The translations under genes and the position numbers were made by a program. A stretch of DNA of 64,000 nt from an uncultured Nitrospiraceae bacterium (GTDB taxonomy: Bacteria; Nitrospirota; Nitrospiria; Nitrospirales; Nitrospiraceae): contig CAVPLT010000001.1 in the NCBI GenBank assembly GCA_963706325.1, positions 384,001 through 448,000 on the forward strand, written 5' to 3'. Below, piece after piece: positions 51,799 to 62,155 of this stretch. Numbering within the stretch: the stretch's first letter is position 1; each line of letters starts with the position of its first letter. A model generated the notes under the pieces. It saw nothing but the letters and a program-made list of their open reading frames with translations, was not told where the DNA came from and searched no databases.

Positions 51799-52281
51799 AT
51801 GCAGTCAAAAATCTTCACAAGAGATAAGCTTACGGAACTACTCGCAGACCATCGCCTGCGGAAACAGGCCATCGTGTTCACGAACGGCTGTTTCGATCTC
51901 ATGCATATCGGCCATACGCGATACCTGCAGGCCGCGCGCGCCCTCGGTGATGTATTAGTCGTCGGCGTCAACTCCGACGTCTCCGTGCGCGCCCTGTGCA
52001 AAGGTACCGATCGCCCCATCGTGCCGGAAGCCCAGCGGGCCGAAATTCTCGCCGCGCTGGCTTGCGTGGACTATGTGGTGATTTTTCAAGAACCTGATCC
52101 AGGATCGCTCATCGCAGCCCTCCAGCCGGATACTCTGGTGAAGGGCGGCGACTGGCCTGTCGATCGGATCGTGGGACGGGACACGGTCGAAGCCCGCGGC
52201 GGACGTGTGCAAACCATTCCGCTCGTTCCCGGCGTCTCGACGACGACGCTCGTGCAACGTATTCGCTCGACTACAGCGTAA
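51799..52281 (+). CDS. rfaE2: D-glycero-beta-D-manno-heptose 1-phosphate adenylyltransferase
   Basis: FTNGCFD..HIGH, NSD.SVR.L.KG..RP, KGGD and STT. Confidence 0.93.
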   Translation: MQSKIFTRDKLTELLADHRLRKQAIVFTNGCFDLMHIGHTRYLQAARALGDVLVVGVNSDVSVRALCKGTDRPIVPEAQRAEILAALACVDYVVIFQEPDPGSLIAALQPDTLVKGGDWPVDRIVGRDTVEARGGRVQTIPLVPGVSTTTLVQRIRSTTA

Positions 52282-52322
52282 AGACGCCGATGAACTTCAA
52301 GTCTTCTAGACAATCACAACAT

Positions 52323-52514
52323 GCAGGGTGGTCGGAAAGTTCGTCCAGCGAGGCCGCAGTGAGGTCCACGGCGCGAAGAATAATGAGCGCTACGTGTGTG
52401 GACGCCGGCGAGACGGTGAGACGGCCGTGTCTTGAAGCGAAGCGTACTTTTAAATGTACGTTGAGCCTCTGCTCGAAGCGAGAACAACGCTGGCGGACTT
52501 TTTCACCAATCTGC
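52323..52514. repeat. Intergenic palindromic element, long copy
   Basis: GCAGGGTGGTCGGAAAGTTCGTCCAGCGAGGCCGCAG ... CGTAC..GTACG ... GCGAGAAC..CGCTGGCGGACTTTTTCACCAATCTGC; homologous to 4298-4421. Confidence 0.8.
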
Positions 52515-52524
52515 TAAGGATCTC

Positions 52525-55500
52525 GTGCCTCCTATCCCGCCATCGCATCTCACCAACTGGCTCGCGCCTGCGAGGGAGGCCCTTCACACGGGAACAGGCA
52601 AGCCTTGCCTCATGGGCCTCCATGGTTCAACCGCTGGATTCGGTCTCGCGCTCCTCACGCAGAGCGCGCCGGGCCACCCCCTCGCCGAACGGTCCTGGCT
52701 GGTTGTCGCCAAAACCGATGACGAGGCGGAACGTCTCTATCGCGACACGCTCTTTTTTAGAACGCTCTGCGGACTGACCGGCGATGATCTGGCGCTCTTT
52801 CCGAAATGGGAAACGCTGCCCTATGAATCGACGGTCCCCCACATCGATCTGGTGGCCCGCCGCATGCAGACGCTGCATCGCCTCTGCACGACGGCGCGCA
52901 CCGCGCTGTTCACGTCCATTCCAGCACTGATGCAGCGGGTGCTCCCGGCCATGGTCTTCAGCGACGCCATTCTCCAGTTTCAGCCGAACGGCGATCTGGA
53001 GCGAGAGGTGCTCGTCTCCAGCCTGCTGCGCTTGGGCTACCGAAAAGGTTCCGTGGTGGAGATTCCGGGCGAGTTCAGCATTCGAGGCGGGATCGTCGAT
53101 ATCTATTCGACGGCCTACCCGGACCCGCTACGGGTGGAATTTCTCGGCGACACGATCGAATCACTTCGGTTCTTCGATCCCGCTACCCAAAAGTCGACCG
53201 ACAAGGTCAAACAGGCCTGGGTGCTGCCGGCCCGCGAATTGATCCGCGCTGATGACGCTCCAGACGCGCTCGCGCCTCTCGCGCCAGATGCCGAATGGCA
53301 TGCCCCATCCGTCTATGGAACAATGGACAGCCTCCTGGACTATTTCCCTCAGCCGCCGGTGCTCGTGTTGGATCAGCCGAATGTTCTCAAGGCGCATACG
53401 GCGGAATGCTGGCAAGCCATCGAAGAAGGCTACCTCCGTCACGAAGATCGCAGTGACCCAAATCCCTACCCGACGCCGGACCAACTGTATGTCACATGGG
53501 ATCAAATCCTCGCCGCCACGCACAACTATGCCACCCTCGCGCTTGAGCCGGTGACGGCGCCGAATGCGAGTTGGGAGCCTGTGGTCATCTGTCCGGCTCA
53601 AACACCAGCCAGCGTGGGGCTTGGCCAACGCGGCACTGCGTTCAGCCATACACTGGAGGTCCTGGACCGGCTACGAGAAGGCGGCCCGGTTGTGCTGGTC
53701 GCCCGCAGCCAGGGCCAGGTCGGTCGTCTGCTCGCGCTCTTCGGCGAACATGATCGTCCGGCCGTGGAATGGAAGCCCTCGGCCCTCTCGTCGGGCGGCG
53801 CGCAGAAAGCCCCCTTCTCGGTCCTGAACGGCGAGGTCTCGGCCGGGTTCCTATCTACCGATTTGCGGCTGGTGGTGCTGACCGAAGAAGAACTGTTCGC
53901 AAAGGGCGCCCGCCATAAACCGCAAACTAAGAGCAAAGCGGCCACGTTCCTCTCCTCGCTGGAAGATTTGAATGCCGGCGACTATGTCGTCCATATGCAG
54001 TATGGCATTGCGAAATATCAGGGACTGCGCCGCCTCTCGGTGCAGGATTTCGACAGCGACTTCCTGGTGCTCGAATTTGCCGGGACAGACAAACTGTACG
54101 TCCCCCTCGATCGGCTAAATCAGGTCCAGCGTTATGCGGGAGCCGATGCCCACGTCCCGCGTCTGGACCGTCTCGGCGGCACTAGCTGGGCTAAGACCAC
54201 GGCGCGGGTCAAAAAAGACATCGAGGAAATGGCGCATGAGCTCGTCGATCTCTATGCCAATCGGGAACTGGTCCACCGGACGTCCTATGGCAAAGACAGC
54301 ATGCTCTACCACGAGTTTGAGGCAGCCTTCGAGTATGAGGAAACGCCAGACCAGCGAAAGGCGATCGAAGACATTGCCAATGACATGGCTTCCACCAAAC
54401 CGATGGATCGCCTCGTCTGCGGGGATGTGGGGTACGGCAAAACTGAAGTGGCCATGCGAGCGGCCTTTAAGGCCGTAGAGGAAAACCGGCAAGTGGCAGT
54501 CCTGGTACCGACCACGTTGCTGGCCCATCAGCATTATGACAATTTCGCCGAACGATTTGCCCCTTTTCCCACCCGCGTCGCACTCCTCTCGCGATTTCAA
54601 TCTCCTAAGGATACGAAAGCGATCATCAAGGACACAGCGGCCGGTGTCGTTGATGTACTTATCGGTACCCACCGCCTGCTGCAGAAGGACGTGCAGTTCC
54701 GCAACTTGGGCCTCGTCATCATCGACGAGGAGCAATGGTTCGGCGTGAAACATAAGGAACGCTTGAAACAGTTACGGACGCAGGTCGATGTGTTGACGCT
54801 GACGGCGACCCCGATCCCGCGCACGCTACAGATGACCATGGCGAGCGTGCGCGATCTTTCGATCATCGATACGCCCCCGTCGGGCCGCCTGGCCATCCGC
54901 ACGCAAGTTCTTCGCTTCAGCGAGAAAGCCATTCGAGAGGCCATTCTTCGCGAGCTCGGCCGCGGCGGGCAAACCTACTTTGTCCACAATCGCGTGGAAA
55001 CCATGGAGCGGATGGGCGCCTGGCTCCATGAACTGGTGCCGGAGGCCCGCATCGTGATGGCGCATGGTCAGATGGATTCGAAACCGCTGGAAGCCGTGAT
55101 GCTGAAATTCTTCCACCAGGAAGCCGATATTCTGATCGCCTCCGCCATCATTCAATCCGGCCTGGACGTGCCGACCGCCAACACGATCATCGTCAATCGT
55201 GCCGACGCCTTCGGACTCGCCCAGCTGTACCAGTTGCGCGGGCGCGTGGGGCGAGGCGGTGAGCAAGCCTACGCCTATTTTCTTGTGCCGGACGAAGGTG
55301 CGCTGTCTGACGACGCCCAGAAGCGGCTGACCGCCATCCAGCAGTTCACCGAATTGGGATCGGGTTTCCGCATCGCCGCCGCCGATCTTGAAATTCGTGG
55401 GGCAGGCAATTTGCTCGGCAAGCAGCAATCGGGGCATATCGCCGCCGTCGGGCTGGATCTCTACCTGCAAATGGTCGAGCAGGCTGTGCAGCGGCTGAAG

Positions 55501-55998
55501 GGCCAGGTGGTAGAAGAGGAACCGGACCCTACATTGCGCCTCAGTGTCTCCGCGTTCATCCCGGAAGACTATGTCGCGGACAGCCATCAACGCCTCTCGC
55601 TCTACAAGCGACTATCGTCCTGCGGGCAGCTCGGTGATTTGGCTTTGATGCATGGAGAGATTGAAGATCGCTATGGGCCTCCGCCCGATCCAGTGGAACG
55701 TCTCTTTGAACTGATGCAAATCCGGTTGCTGGCCAAACAACTCCGGTTGAGCTCCGTCGTGGAACAGCCCCATGCCATCGTGATCACGTTTGATCCGAAA
55801 GCCACGATTCCTGAAGCCGCTGTGCAGGCGTTGATGGATCGCTACAAGAAACGATTAAGATTTCTCTCGCCGTTGTCCTTCGAGCTCCAGATGCCGCATG
55901 AGGACTGGAGTTTGGTCTTTCCAGAACTCAACACGACCTTGCAAACCCTGTACGTCTGTGGTACCAACAACCAAGGGCCACGTACCGTCTCGACCTGA
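52525..55998 (+). CDS. mfd: Transcription-repair coupling factor
   Basis: RGGIVDIY, CarD-like RID, GDVGYGKTEVA, DEEQ, TATPIPRTL, QLRGRVGR and a TRCF domain. Confidence 0.97.
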   Translation: MPPIPPSHLTNWLAPAREALHTGTGKPCLMGLHGSTAGFGLALLTQSAPGHPLAERSWLVVAKTDDEAERLYRDTLFFRTLCGLTGDDLALFPKWETLPYESTVPHIDLVARRMQTLHRLCTTARTALFTSIPALMQRVLPAMVFSDAILQFQPNGDLEREVLVSSLLRLGYRKGSVVEIPGEFSIRGGIVDIYSTAYPDPLRVEFLGDTIESLRFFDPATQKSTDKVKQAWVLPARELIRADDAPDALAPLAPDAEWHAPSVYGTMDSLLDYFPQPPVLVLDQPNVLKAHTAECWQAIEEGYLRHEDRSDPNPYPTPDQLYVTWDQILAATHNYATLALEPVTAPNASWEPVVICPAQTPASVGLGQRGTAFSHTLEVLDRLREGGPVVLVARSQGQVGRLLALFGEHDRPAVEWKPSALSSGGAQKAPFSVLNGEVSAGFLSTDLRLVVLTEEELFAKGARHKPQTKSKAATFLSSLEDLNAGDYVVHMQYGIAKYQGLRRLSVQDFDSDFLVLEFAGTDKLYVPLDRLNQVQRYAGADAHVPRLDRLGGTSWAKTTARVKKDIEEMAHELVDLYANRELVHRTSYGKDSMLYHEFEAAFEYEETPDQRKAIEDIANDMASTKPMDRLVCGDVGYGKTEVAMRAAFKAVEENRQVAVLVPTTLLAHQHYDNFAERFAPFPTRVALLSRFQSPKDTKAIIKDTAAGVVDVLIGTHRLLQKDVQFRNLGLVIIDEEQWFGVKHKERLKQLRTQVDVLTLTATPIPRTLQMTMASVRDLSIIDTPPSGRLAIRTQVLRFSEKAIREAILRELGRGGQTYFVHNRVETMERMGAWLHELVPEARIVMAHGQMDSKPLEAVMLKFFHQEADILIASAIIQSGLDVPTANTIIVNRADAFGLAQLYQLRGRVGRGGEQAYAYFLVPDEGALSDDAQKRLTAIQQFTELGSGFRIAAADLEIRGAGNLLGKQQSGHIAAVGLDLYLQMVEQAVQRLKGQVVEEEPDPTLRLSVSAFIPEDYVADSHQRLSLYKRLSSCGQLGDLALMHGEIEDRYGPPPDPVERLFELMQIRLLAKQLRLSSVVEQPHAIVITFDPKATIPEAAVQALMDRYKKRLRFLSPLSFELQMPHEDWSLVFPELNTTLQTLYVCGTNNQGPRTVST

Positions 55999-56030
55999 TC
56001 TTCGCAGAGGACGCACCTTCCGCCGACCGC

Positions 56031-56927
56031 ATGACGCCACCGCTCACACGACAAAGTTCTGACCGGCGAGGACGATTGACCTGCCTCGCACTGGCGCTCT
56101 TGGCCTTCAGTCCGTTGGCCGCCTGCACGGAATCTCCTCACGAAGAGCCGGTGGTGGCCATGATCAATGGGCGATCCATTACGCAATCCGAGTTCGCTAT
56201 GCGTTGGGAGGAACTGTCGCAAGCGACCCGGGCCCGATACGAAAAAGAAGGCGGGAAACGTCGCTTTCTGGATGAATTGATCATGCGCGAGTTACTCATG
56301 CAGGAGGCGCGCAAACAGGGGTTGGATCAAGCCGATGACATCCGCGAAAAGACGCGGCAGTACAAGGAACAATTGATTTTGGATGAGTTGCTCAAAGATC
56401 GAATCAAGACCAAGGTCGAGGTCTCGAAAGAAGAACTGGACACGTACCTCGGGAACCACGCGAATCAACTCCTGGCCAATCCGAAGGTGCAGGTCTCGGT
56501 CATGCTGCTCCCGAACGTCTACGCGGCGAAGGACCTTAAACGGCAGGTGGAAGGCGGTGGCAACTTCACCCGCTTTGCCATTCGGTATTCGATCGATGAG
56601 CGAAGCCGCGCCAAGGGCGGTGACCTGGGCCCCTACCGCAAAGGCCTGTTGGAGCCGGAACTCGAGGCGTTGATTCCCTCCCTTCACCCAGGGGCCGTCA
56701 GTGATCCAATCAAGACAGACAAGGGCTATTACCTCATGAAGGTCAGTCCCCTGGAACCGGAAATCCTTCAGGCCGACCAAGCCATTCGCGAACGACTCAG
56801 ACAAGAATTGCTGGCGGAAAAACGTCGCAAGCGGCTGGACGATATTTTTGCCGAACTCCGCTCCGGCGCGACGATTCGTTTGGCCGACGCCGCTCGGTAC
56901 GTGATCGATGAACCCGCTCGTCCCTAG
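56031..56927 (+). CDS. PpiC/parvulin-type peptidyl-prolyl isomerase lipoprotein
   Basis: Lipobox LAAC; YSID..S..KGGDLG and SDPIKT..GY. Confidence 0.88.
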   Translation: MTPPLTRQSSDRRGRLTCLALALLAFSPLAACTESPHEEPVVAMINGRSITQSEFAMRWEELSQATRARYEKEGGKRRFLDELIMRELLMQEARKQGLDQADDIREKTRQYKEQLILDELLKDRIKTKVEVSKEELDTYLGNHANQLLANPKVQVSVMLLPNVYAAKDLKRQVEGGGNFTRFAIRYSIDERSRAKGGDLGPYRKGLLEPELEALIPSLHPGAVSDPIKTDKGYYLMKVSPLEPEILQADQAIRERLRQELLAEKRRKRLDDIFAELRSGATIRLADAARYVIDEPARP

Positions 56928-57037
56928 TGCCCACCCGATCCGTCCGCTCAGTATCCTCGACTTGAATCCTTCCAGGAAGCTCATCTCTAGAACGCTGCCC
57001 TTCTGAAGTCCCGATTGTGTACAATCCCATGAACTCC

Positions 57038-58069
57038 ATGAAGGACCGATTCATCTTTTCCGCCATGCGCCAACTCATCGGCAAACTCATCCTTATCCTG
57101 AGGCCACTACCGGATATGCGGATCCATGGTGTGACCGGCATGTCCGGTTTTAGTTGCCTGTTGTTCGGGTTCTGTCTCGTCCTTGCCTGTGTCAGTCCCA
57201 CGGCAGCCGCGAAACTGGAAGATCGCATTCTCGCAGTGGTCAATAAAGACCTGATTATGTTGTCGGAGCTGAAACGCGATTTACTTCCGGAGCAAGACCG
57301 CCTTCGCAAGCTGTATAAAGGAGAGGAACTGGAACGTCGCCTCAGGACGGCTGAGGCCATGGCTCTGACGAAGATGATTGAGCGCAAACTGCAACTTCAA
57401 GCCGCGCAAAACAAAGGGGTGGACGTATCCGACCAAGAGGTCGTGCAAGCGGTGGAAGAAATGAAGAAGCAGGGTGAGCAACTCAATACTGCCGATCCCA
57501 ACACCGCCAGAAGTGTTCGCGAACAATTGACGCTCATGCGCGTCGTCGACCGGGAAGTCCGAGGCCTGATTATGGTGGCGGACTCGGAAATGAAACGCTA
57601 CTACCGGGAACACCAGGATCGCTTCGCCTACCCTGAGGAGTATCAGCTGAGCCAGATCTTGATCAAGCCGCGCACCCCGGACGATCTCGCGGTTGCACAG
57701 GGCCGAGCCGAGGCCCTTTTGGCAACCCTGAAACAAGGTGAGCCGTTCGAAGATCTGGCGTTGCGCTTTTCCGATAGCGCGGATGCGTCGCGGGGCGGCC
57801 GGCTAGGGCTGGTGCGGCAGGGCGAGCTGATTCCCGCATTGGAACAGGCGTTGACGTCTCTGCAGGTGGGACAACTGACGGGGATTGTCGAGACGGCGGA
57901 AGGGTTGCATATCGTGCGTGTCGACGACAAGAAACCGCGCCAGTTTCGGCCCTTCGAGCAGGTGAAGGCAGAAATCCAGTCACTGGTGTTTCAACAAAAA
58001 ACCGAAGACCAGTATCAGATCTGGATGGCCGACCTGAAGAACAAAGCCTACATCGAGATCAAGTTTTAA
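57038..58069 (+). CDS. surA: SurA-like chaperone/PPIase (start uncertain, may be 57116 or 57140)
   Basis: DRILAVVN..I, FEDLA..FS and GG.LG rotamase motifs. Confidence 0.8.
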   Translation: MKDRFIFSAMRQLIGKLILILRPLPDMRIHGVTGMSGFSCLLFGFCLVLACVSPTAAAKLEDRILAVVNKDLIMLSELKRDLLPEQDRLRKLYKGEELERRLRTAEAMALTKMIERKLQLQAAQNKGVDVSDQEVVQAVEEMKKQGEQLNTADPNTARSVREQLTLMRVVDREVRGLIMVADSEMKRYYREHQDRFAYPEEYQLSQILIKPRTPDDLAVAQGRAEALLATLKQGEPFEDLALRFSDSADASRGGRLGLVRQGELIPALEQALTSLQVGQLTGIVETAEGLHIVRVDDKKPRQFRPFEQVKAEIQSLVFQQKTEDQYQIWMADLKNKAYIEIKF

Positions 58070-58661
58070 ACTGCGAACGAATCTCCCCCCAGAGGGAGTC
58101 CCGTCCCTCATGCGTTTCGGCCGAATACAAGAGAACCGGCACCTCCGGGCTCAATCCGAAGGCGGCCCGCACGGCGTCCAGGCTGGGGGCGCGCTCGCTT
58201 TGTCGCAGCTTATCCGCTTTCGTGAGGACGAGGATGAGACCGCATCCCAGGGATTGAACCCATTGAACCGTCAACACATCCTGCGGCATCCACACGCGCG
58301 CTTCGATCAACAGGATGACGGCCCCGAGCGATTCTCGCCTTTCAAGATATTGCTCTATCATCGGTCCCCATTGGGCCCGCATAGCTTTTGAGACCTTGGC
58401 ATATCCGTACCCCGGCAGATCCACCAGCGATAACAGCGAGAGGTGCGGGTCCGAGGTGCGAACCGTAAAGAAATTCACCGCGCGAGTTTTTCCAGGGGTC
58501 TTGCTGACTTTGGCCAGTTTCTTCCGGTGGAGCAATGAATTGATCAGCGACGACTTCCCGACGTTCGACCGTCCCACGAAGGCGATCTCCGGCAAGCGGT
58601 CGGGAGGAAACTGTTCTGGAGTGACGGAACTTTTGATAAACTCGGCGCTCAGTAATTTCAT
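58059..58661 (-). CDS. engB: Ribosome biogenesis GTP-binding protein YihA/YsxC
   Basis: GRSNVGKSS, SKTPGKT, DLPGYG and TKADK. Confidence 0.95.
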   Translation of the reverse strand: MKLLSAEFIKSSVTPEQFPPDRLPEIAFVGRSNVGKSSLINSLLHRKKLAKVSKTPGKTRAVNFFTVRTSDPHLSLLSLVDLPGYGYAKVSKAMRAQWGPMIEQYLERRESLGAVILLIEARVWMPQDVLTVQWVQSLGCGLILVLTKADKLRQSERAPSLDAVRAAFGLSPEVPVLLYSAETHEGRDSLWGEIRSQFKT

Positions 58662-58761
58662 GGTAGTGACTCACGGTCCGTTTGGCGGGATGCACATTCA
58701 CCTTCGGTGATCACGACCGAACGGTGGCACATCTCGTGCGTCCATAGATAGAGTGTTGGGA

Positions 58762-59550
58762 ATGAGCAAGTCAACTGGCAGTCGATTCGGCCGGATCCTG
58801 TTTTGGCTGACCGTGCTCGTCGGTCTGCCACTCGCCGCATTGGGACTATACTGGTTGACGACCTTGCCGGATGTGGCCGCTCTCGCCAAACACCGTCCGA
58901 CGGATACCGCGCTGATGGAAGCGCGACGAGCCCAGGCCAAAGAACAGGGCCGCAGTCAGCACCAGCAATTCATCTGGGTCCCGCTGACGCGAATTGCGCC
59001 CGCACTCCAGCGGGCGGTGGTCGCGGCTGAGGATGCCTTGTTCTTCGCGCACGAAGGCTTCGATTGGGAGGGCATCAAGGATGCCGCGCTGTACAATCTG
59101 GAGGTCGGCGAATTCAAACGCGGGGGGAGTACCATCACCCAGCAACTGGCAAAAAACCTGTACCTCTCTTCGGAACGCTCCCTCTTTCGAAAAGCCAGGG
59201 AAGCGTTGATCACCCGCTCCCTGGAACATCATTTGACTAAGGAACGGATTCTGGAGTTGTATCTGAACGTCGCCGAATGGGGCCAAGGGGTGTTCGGAGC
59301 GGAAGCGGCTGCGCGTCACCACTTTGGCAAAACGGCGAAGGAGTTGACGCTCGATGAAGCGGCTCTCCTGGCGGCGATTCTCCCATCCCCACGCCGATAT
59401 GATCCCATCCGCCACACCGCCTACTTGAACCGACGGCAGCACCACATCATCCGATGGTTGGAACGAGGCGGCGGCCGAAAGCCGGTCTCACTCTCGCGGG
59501 CCCGCAACCAATCGGACAGGGGAGAGTTTCCCTGGTGGAGCACTGAATAA
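58762..59550 (+). CDS. mtgA: Monofunctional peptidoglycan transglycosylase
   Basis: AEDA.F..HEGFD, RGGSTITQQLAKNL, RKARE and LYLNVAEWG. Confidence 0.93.
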   Translation: MSKSTGSRFGRILFWLTVLVGLPLAALGLYWLTTLPDVAALAKHRPTDTALMEARRAQAKEQGRSQHQQFIWVPLTRIAPALQRAVVAAEDALFFAHEGFDWEGIKDAALYNLEVGEFKRGGSTITQQLAKNLYLSSERSLFRKAREALITRSLEHHLTKERILELYLNVAEWGQGVFGAEAAARHHFGKTAKELTLDEAALLAAILPSPRRYDPIRHTAYLNRRQHHIIRWLERGGGRKPVSLSRARNQSDRGEFPWWSTE

Positions 59551-59585
59551 CGCCTGCTGCGAGCTGCCGATCCACGCGACTGCGC

Positions 59586-60014
59586 TTACTCAGCATCCCC
59601 GACTGACGTAAAATTCCGTTCCCCGAAAATTGCCGATTCATACAGGTAGTGTTTGAATTCAAGGAGATTCTGGGAGGGATCTTCTAAAAAGAAGGTGAGA
59701 TGTTCGATGCGTGTGCCGGCAAACCTTCGTCGAGGCTGTTGATAGAATTTCAATCCGTTGTGCTTGGCTCGGTCGGCCAAGGCTTGCCATTCTGCTTCCA
59801 AAGTCAGAACCAGGCCGAAGTGCCGAGGATAGACCCCCTTCTGCGGGACAATCCCATCGGTGGCAAGATGCGCAATTAATTGATGTCCGGCAAGTCCGAA
59901 TGTCACGGCGGTAGATGATTCTCGCCCCAGCACACAGCCAAGGCCGTCCACGTAGAAATGTTTCGCGGCCGAAAGGTCTCGAACAGGGAATGCGAGGTGA
60001 AACAATGCTGGCAT
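59586..60014 (-). CDS. VOC/glyoxalase family protein
   Basis: FHLAFPV.DL, RHFG and FLEDPS.NLLEFK. Confidence 0.88.
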   Translation of the reverse strand: MPALFHLAFPVRDLSAAKHFYVDGLGCVLGRESSTAVTFGLAGHQLIAHLATDGIVPQKGVYPRHFGLVLTLEAEWQALADRAKHNGLKFYQQPRRRFAGTRIEHLTFFLEDPSQNLLEFKHYLYESAIFGERNFTSVGDAE

Positions 60015-60053
60015 AATGTGGCGCCTCGCGTCACTCTATCAAGCCCTCGCGGG

Positions 60054-60992
60054 CTACGCAAACCGCCCTTGAACACGTGGGCGCCCGTCACTCCCGATAT
60101 GGCCGGCTACCATATGCGGGGTGCTGTGCCTGATCGCAAACCGCCCATCAGGCGATAACACCAGCACACCGGCGGCCCCACGAATACGCTCCACGACCTT
60201 CCGCAACACTCGATTGGCGGATACGACCGGACTCCAGCCGCATGCCAGCAGATCGCTGATTTCCTTGGCCACTGCCACGCGGATGATACCTTCTCCCAAT
60301 CCCGTCATTGAAACGGCTCCCGACTCATTGTCGGCATAGACGCCGCAGCCGATCAAGGGCGTATCGCCCACTCGGCCGGGCAACATGACATCCACGCCGC
60401 CCGTCGACGCCCCTGCTGCGACGGTGCCCGCGAGATCCAATGCCACCGCGCCCACCGTTTCTTTGCCCATGGCGCGTGCGCGGACATGTCCGGTTCGCAT
60501 GAGTTCCTGATGCAGTCGCAGGGTTCGGCCTAACCCGGCGCGCGGAGTCAATTCATAGGCCCGCAGTGCAGGCGCGCGCTTGGCGCGGGAAAGGCGCTCT
60601 AAACCAAAATGCCGCGCAAAGCGGGACGCGGCGGATCCGACAATCAATACATGCCCAGTTTTCTCCATAACCAACCGTGCCGCGGCTATCGGATAGACAA
60701 TGCCTTCGATCGAGGCCACGGCCCCCGCCCGCAGCCTATGCCCATCCATGATGGAGGCATCCATGCGCCGCACGCCGTCGAGTTGGTGGTTCGCGCCTCG
60801 TCCCGCGTTAAACAGTCCTGAATCTTCCAACAGGCGAATAGCTGCTTCGACCACCGACACTGCTCCCTGGCCGGCCATGAGCAATCGATGGCCCTCAGCT
60901 AACGCCGATTCAATACAGGCCGCCTGCGCGGCGGTCATGGCGCGGCGTCCCGCGCCACCGTGAATTAAAAGAAGCGGCCGAGATCGTTTCAA
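60054..60992 (-). CDS. Isoaspartyl peptidase/L-asparaginase (Ntn hydrolase)
   Basis: IHGGAG, FNAG.G, ETVGAVA, STGG and GRVGDTP. Confidence 0.92.
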   Translation of the reverse strand: MKRSRPLLLIHGGAGRRAMTAAQAACIESALAEGHRLLMAGQGAVSVVEAAIRLLEDSGLFNAGRGANHQLDGVRRMDASIMDGHRLRAGAVASIEGIVYPIAAARLVMEKTGHVLIVGSAASRFARHFGLERLSRAKRAPALRAYELTPRAGLGRTLRLHQELMRTGHVRARAMGKETVGAVALDLAGTVAAGASTGGVDVMLPGRVGDTPLIGCGVYADNESGAVSMTGLGEGIIRVAVAKEISDLLACGWSPVVSANRVLRKVVERIRGAAGVLVLSPDGRFAIRHSTPHMVAGHIGSDGRPRVQGRFA

Positions 60993-61546
60993 TTGAGCAG
61001 CAGATCTTTGAGGGGACGGTAGGCAGGATCCTGCATGCGATCCAGGTCTGACCGGACGAATCCGAGGCCGGTCACACAGAGTTCGAAATTTTCCGATAAC
61101 TTCCTGAACAGCGGGGAGTCCTGTTCAGGGTCATAGTCTGCCACTAATCCATAAGAGCGTTTTCCCGTCTTCATATAATCCACCAGAAAATCTTGATGGT
61201 AGATGAGGCCCGCGGTTTTGAGGCGGCGAAGATATTCGGGGAACAGGCCGGTCATAAATAACGTGAAGTCACCGATGTGCCGATGGACCTCGCGCTCACG
61301 GTCGAACGACTGGGCCTCCATCAACACCTCGGACTCGAAAAGCATCTCGACGACCGAGTCGAGGGCGCGACCTTGTTTGTTTTGAATTTTAAAGAGTTGA
61401 TCGGTATGGGCAAATTCGACGAGCAGGTTGGAGACATATTCGGTGACGTTGAGATCCGGCCACCCGAGGTGTTCGGTAAAACTTTTTTCCGTCAACGCGC
61501 CAAACAGTTGACGGAGTGGATGGCTGCGAGAAACGGTACTTCCCAT
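60989..61546 (-). CDS. Conserved hypothetical protein
   Basis: 185-aa ORF, GGAGG RBS, RHIGDFTLF.TGLFPE motif. Confidence 0.8.
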   Translation of the reverse strand: MGSTVSRSHPLRQLFGALTEKSFTEHLGWPDLNVTEYVSNLLVEFAHTDQLFKIQNKQGRALDSVVEMLFESEVLMEAQSFDREREVHRHIGDFTLFMTGLFPEYLRRLKTAGLIYHQDFLVDYMKTGKRSYGLVADYDPEQDSPLFRKLSENFELCVTGLGFVRSDLDRMQDPAYRPLKDLLLN

Positions 61547-61664
61547 CTCGACCTCCCGGGCGATCCATGCCCTTTGAACACAGTATAACAGGCCATACGT
61601 GACTCGATCGATCCTTCTCCCTGCATCCTTATCGGCGCCCCATTACGAAACTTAAGCGTGGAGA

Positions 61665-62114
61665 TCATGATCCGCGTCGACTATCCAAAATGAAGGTCAC
61701 CGGTCCATCGTTCACCAGTTCTACCTGCATCTGCGCCCCGAATCTACCGGTCTCTACACTGATGCCGGCGGCCTGTAGCCGGCCCACCGCGTCATCATAC
61801 AATGCACGGGCTTCAGCCGGCAGGGCAGCTAGGTCGAACCCTGGTCGACGGCCTTTGGTGGTATCGCCAAGCAGCGTAAATTGAGAGACGACCAATAGGG
61901 CTCCGCCGACATCGCTCAGCGACAGATTCATCTTTCCCTCATGATCGGCAAAAATCCGGAGTGTCCGAATTTTTTCGACGATATAGAGCAAATCGTGCTG
62001 TCCGTCGTCCTTGGCAATCCCCAACAGGACCAGAAGACCGGCCCCGATCCGGCCAGCCACTTGGCCGTCCACCTCTACGGTGGCTCGCGTGACCCGTTGA
62101 AGGACAGCTTTCAT
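61665..62114 (-). CDS. dtd: D-aminoacyl-tRNA deacylase
   Basis: [13 protein letters not shown] and NDGPVT. Confidence 0.96.
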   Translation of the reverse strand: MKAVLQRVTRATVEVDGQVAGRIGAGLLVLLGIAKDDGQHDLLYIVEKIRTLRIFADHEGKMNLSLSDVGGALLVVSQFTLLGDTTKGRRPGFDLAALPAEARALYDDAVGRLQAAGISVETGRFGAQMQVELVNDGPVTFILDSRRGS

Positions 62115-62155
62115 AAGTTATTCGTACGGGTCATTGCGGGATGGCCCGCCGCTAC

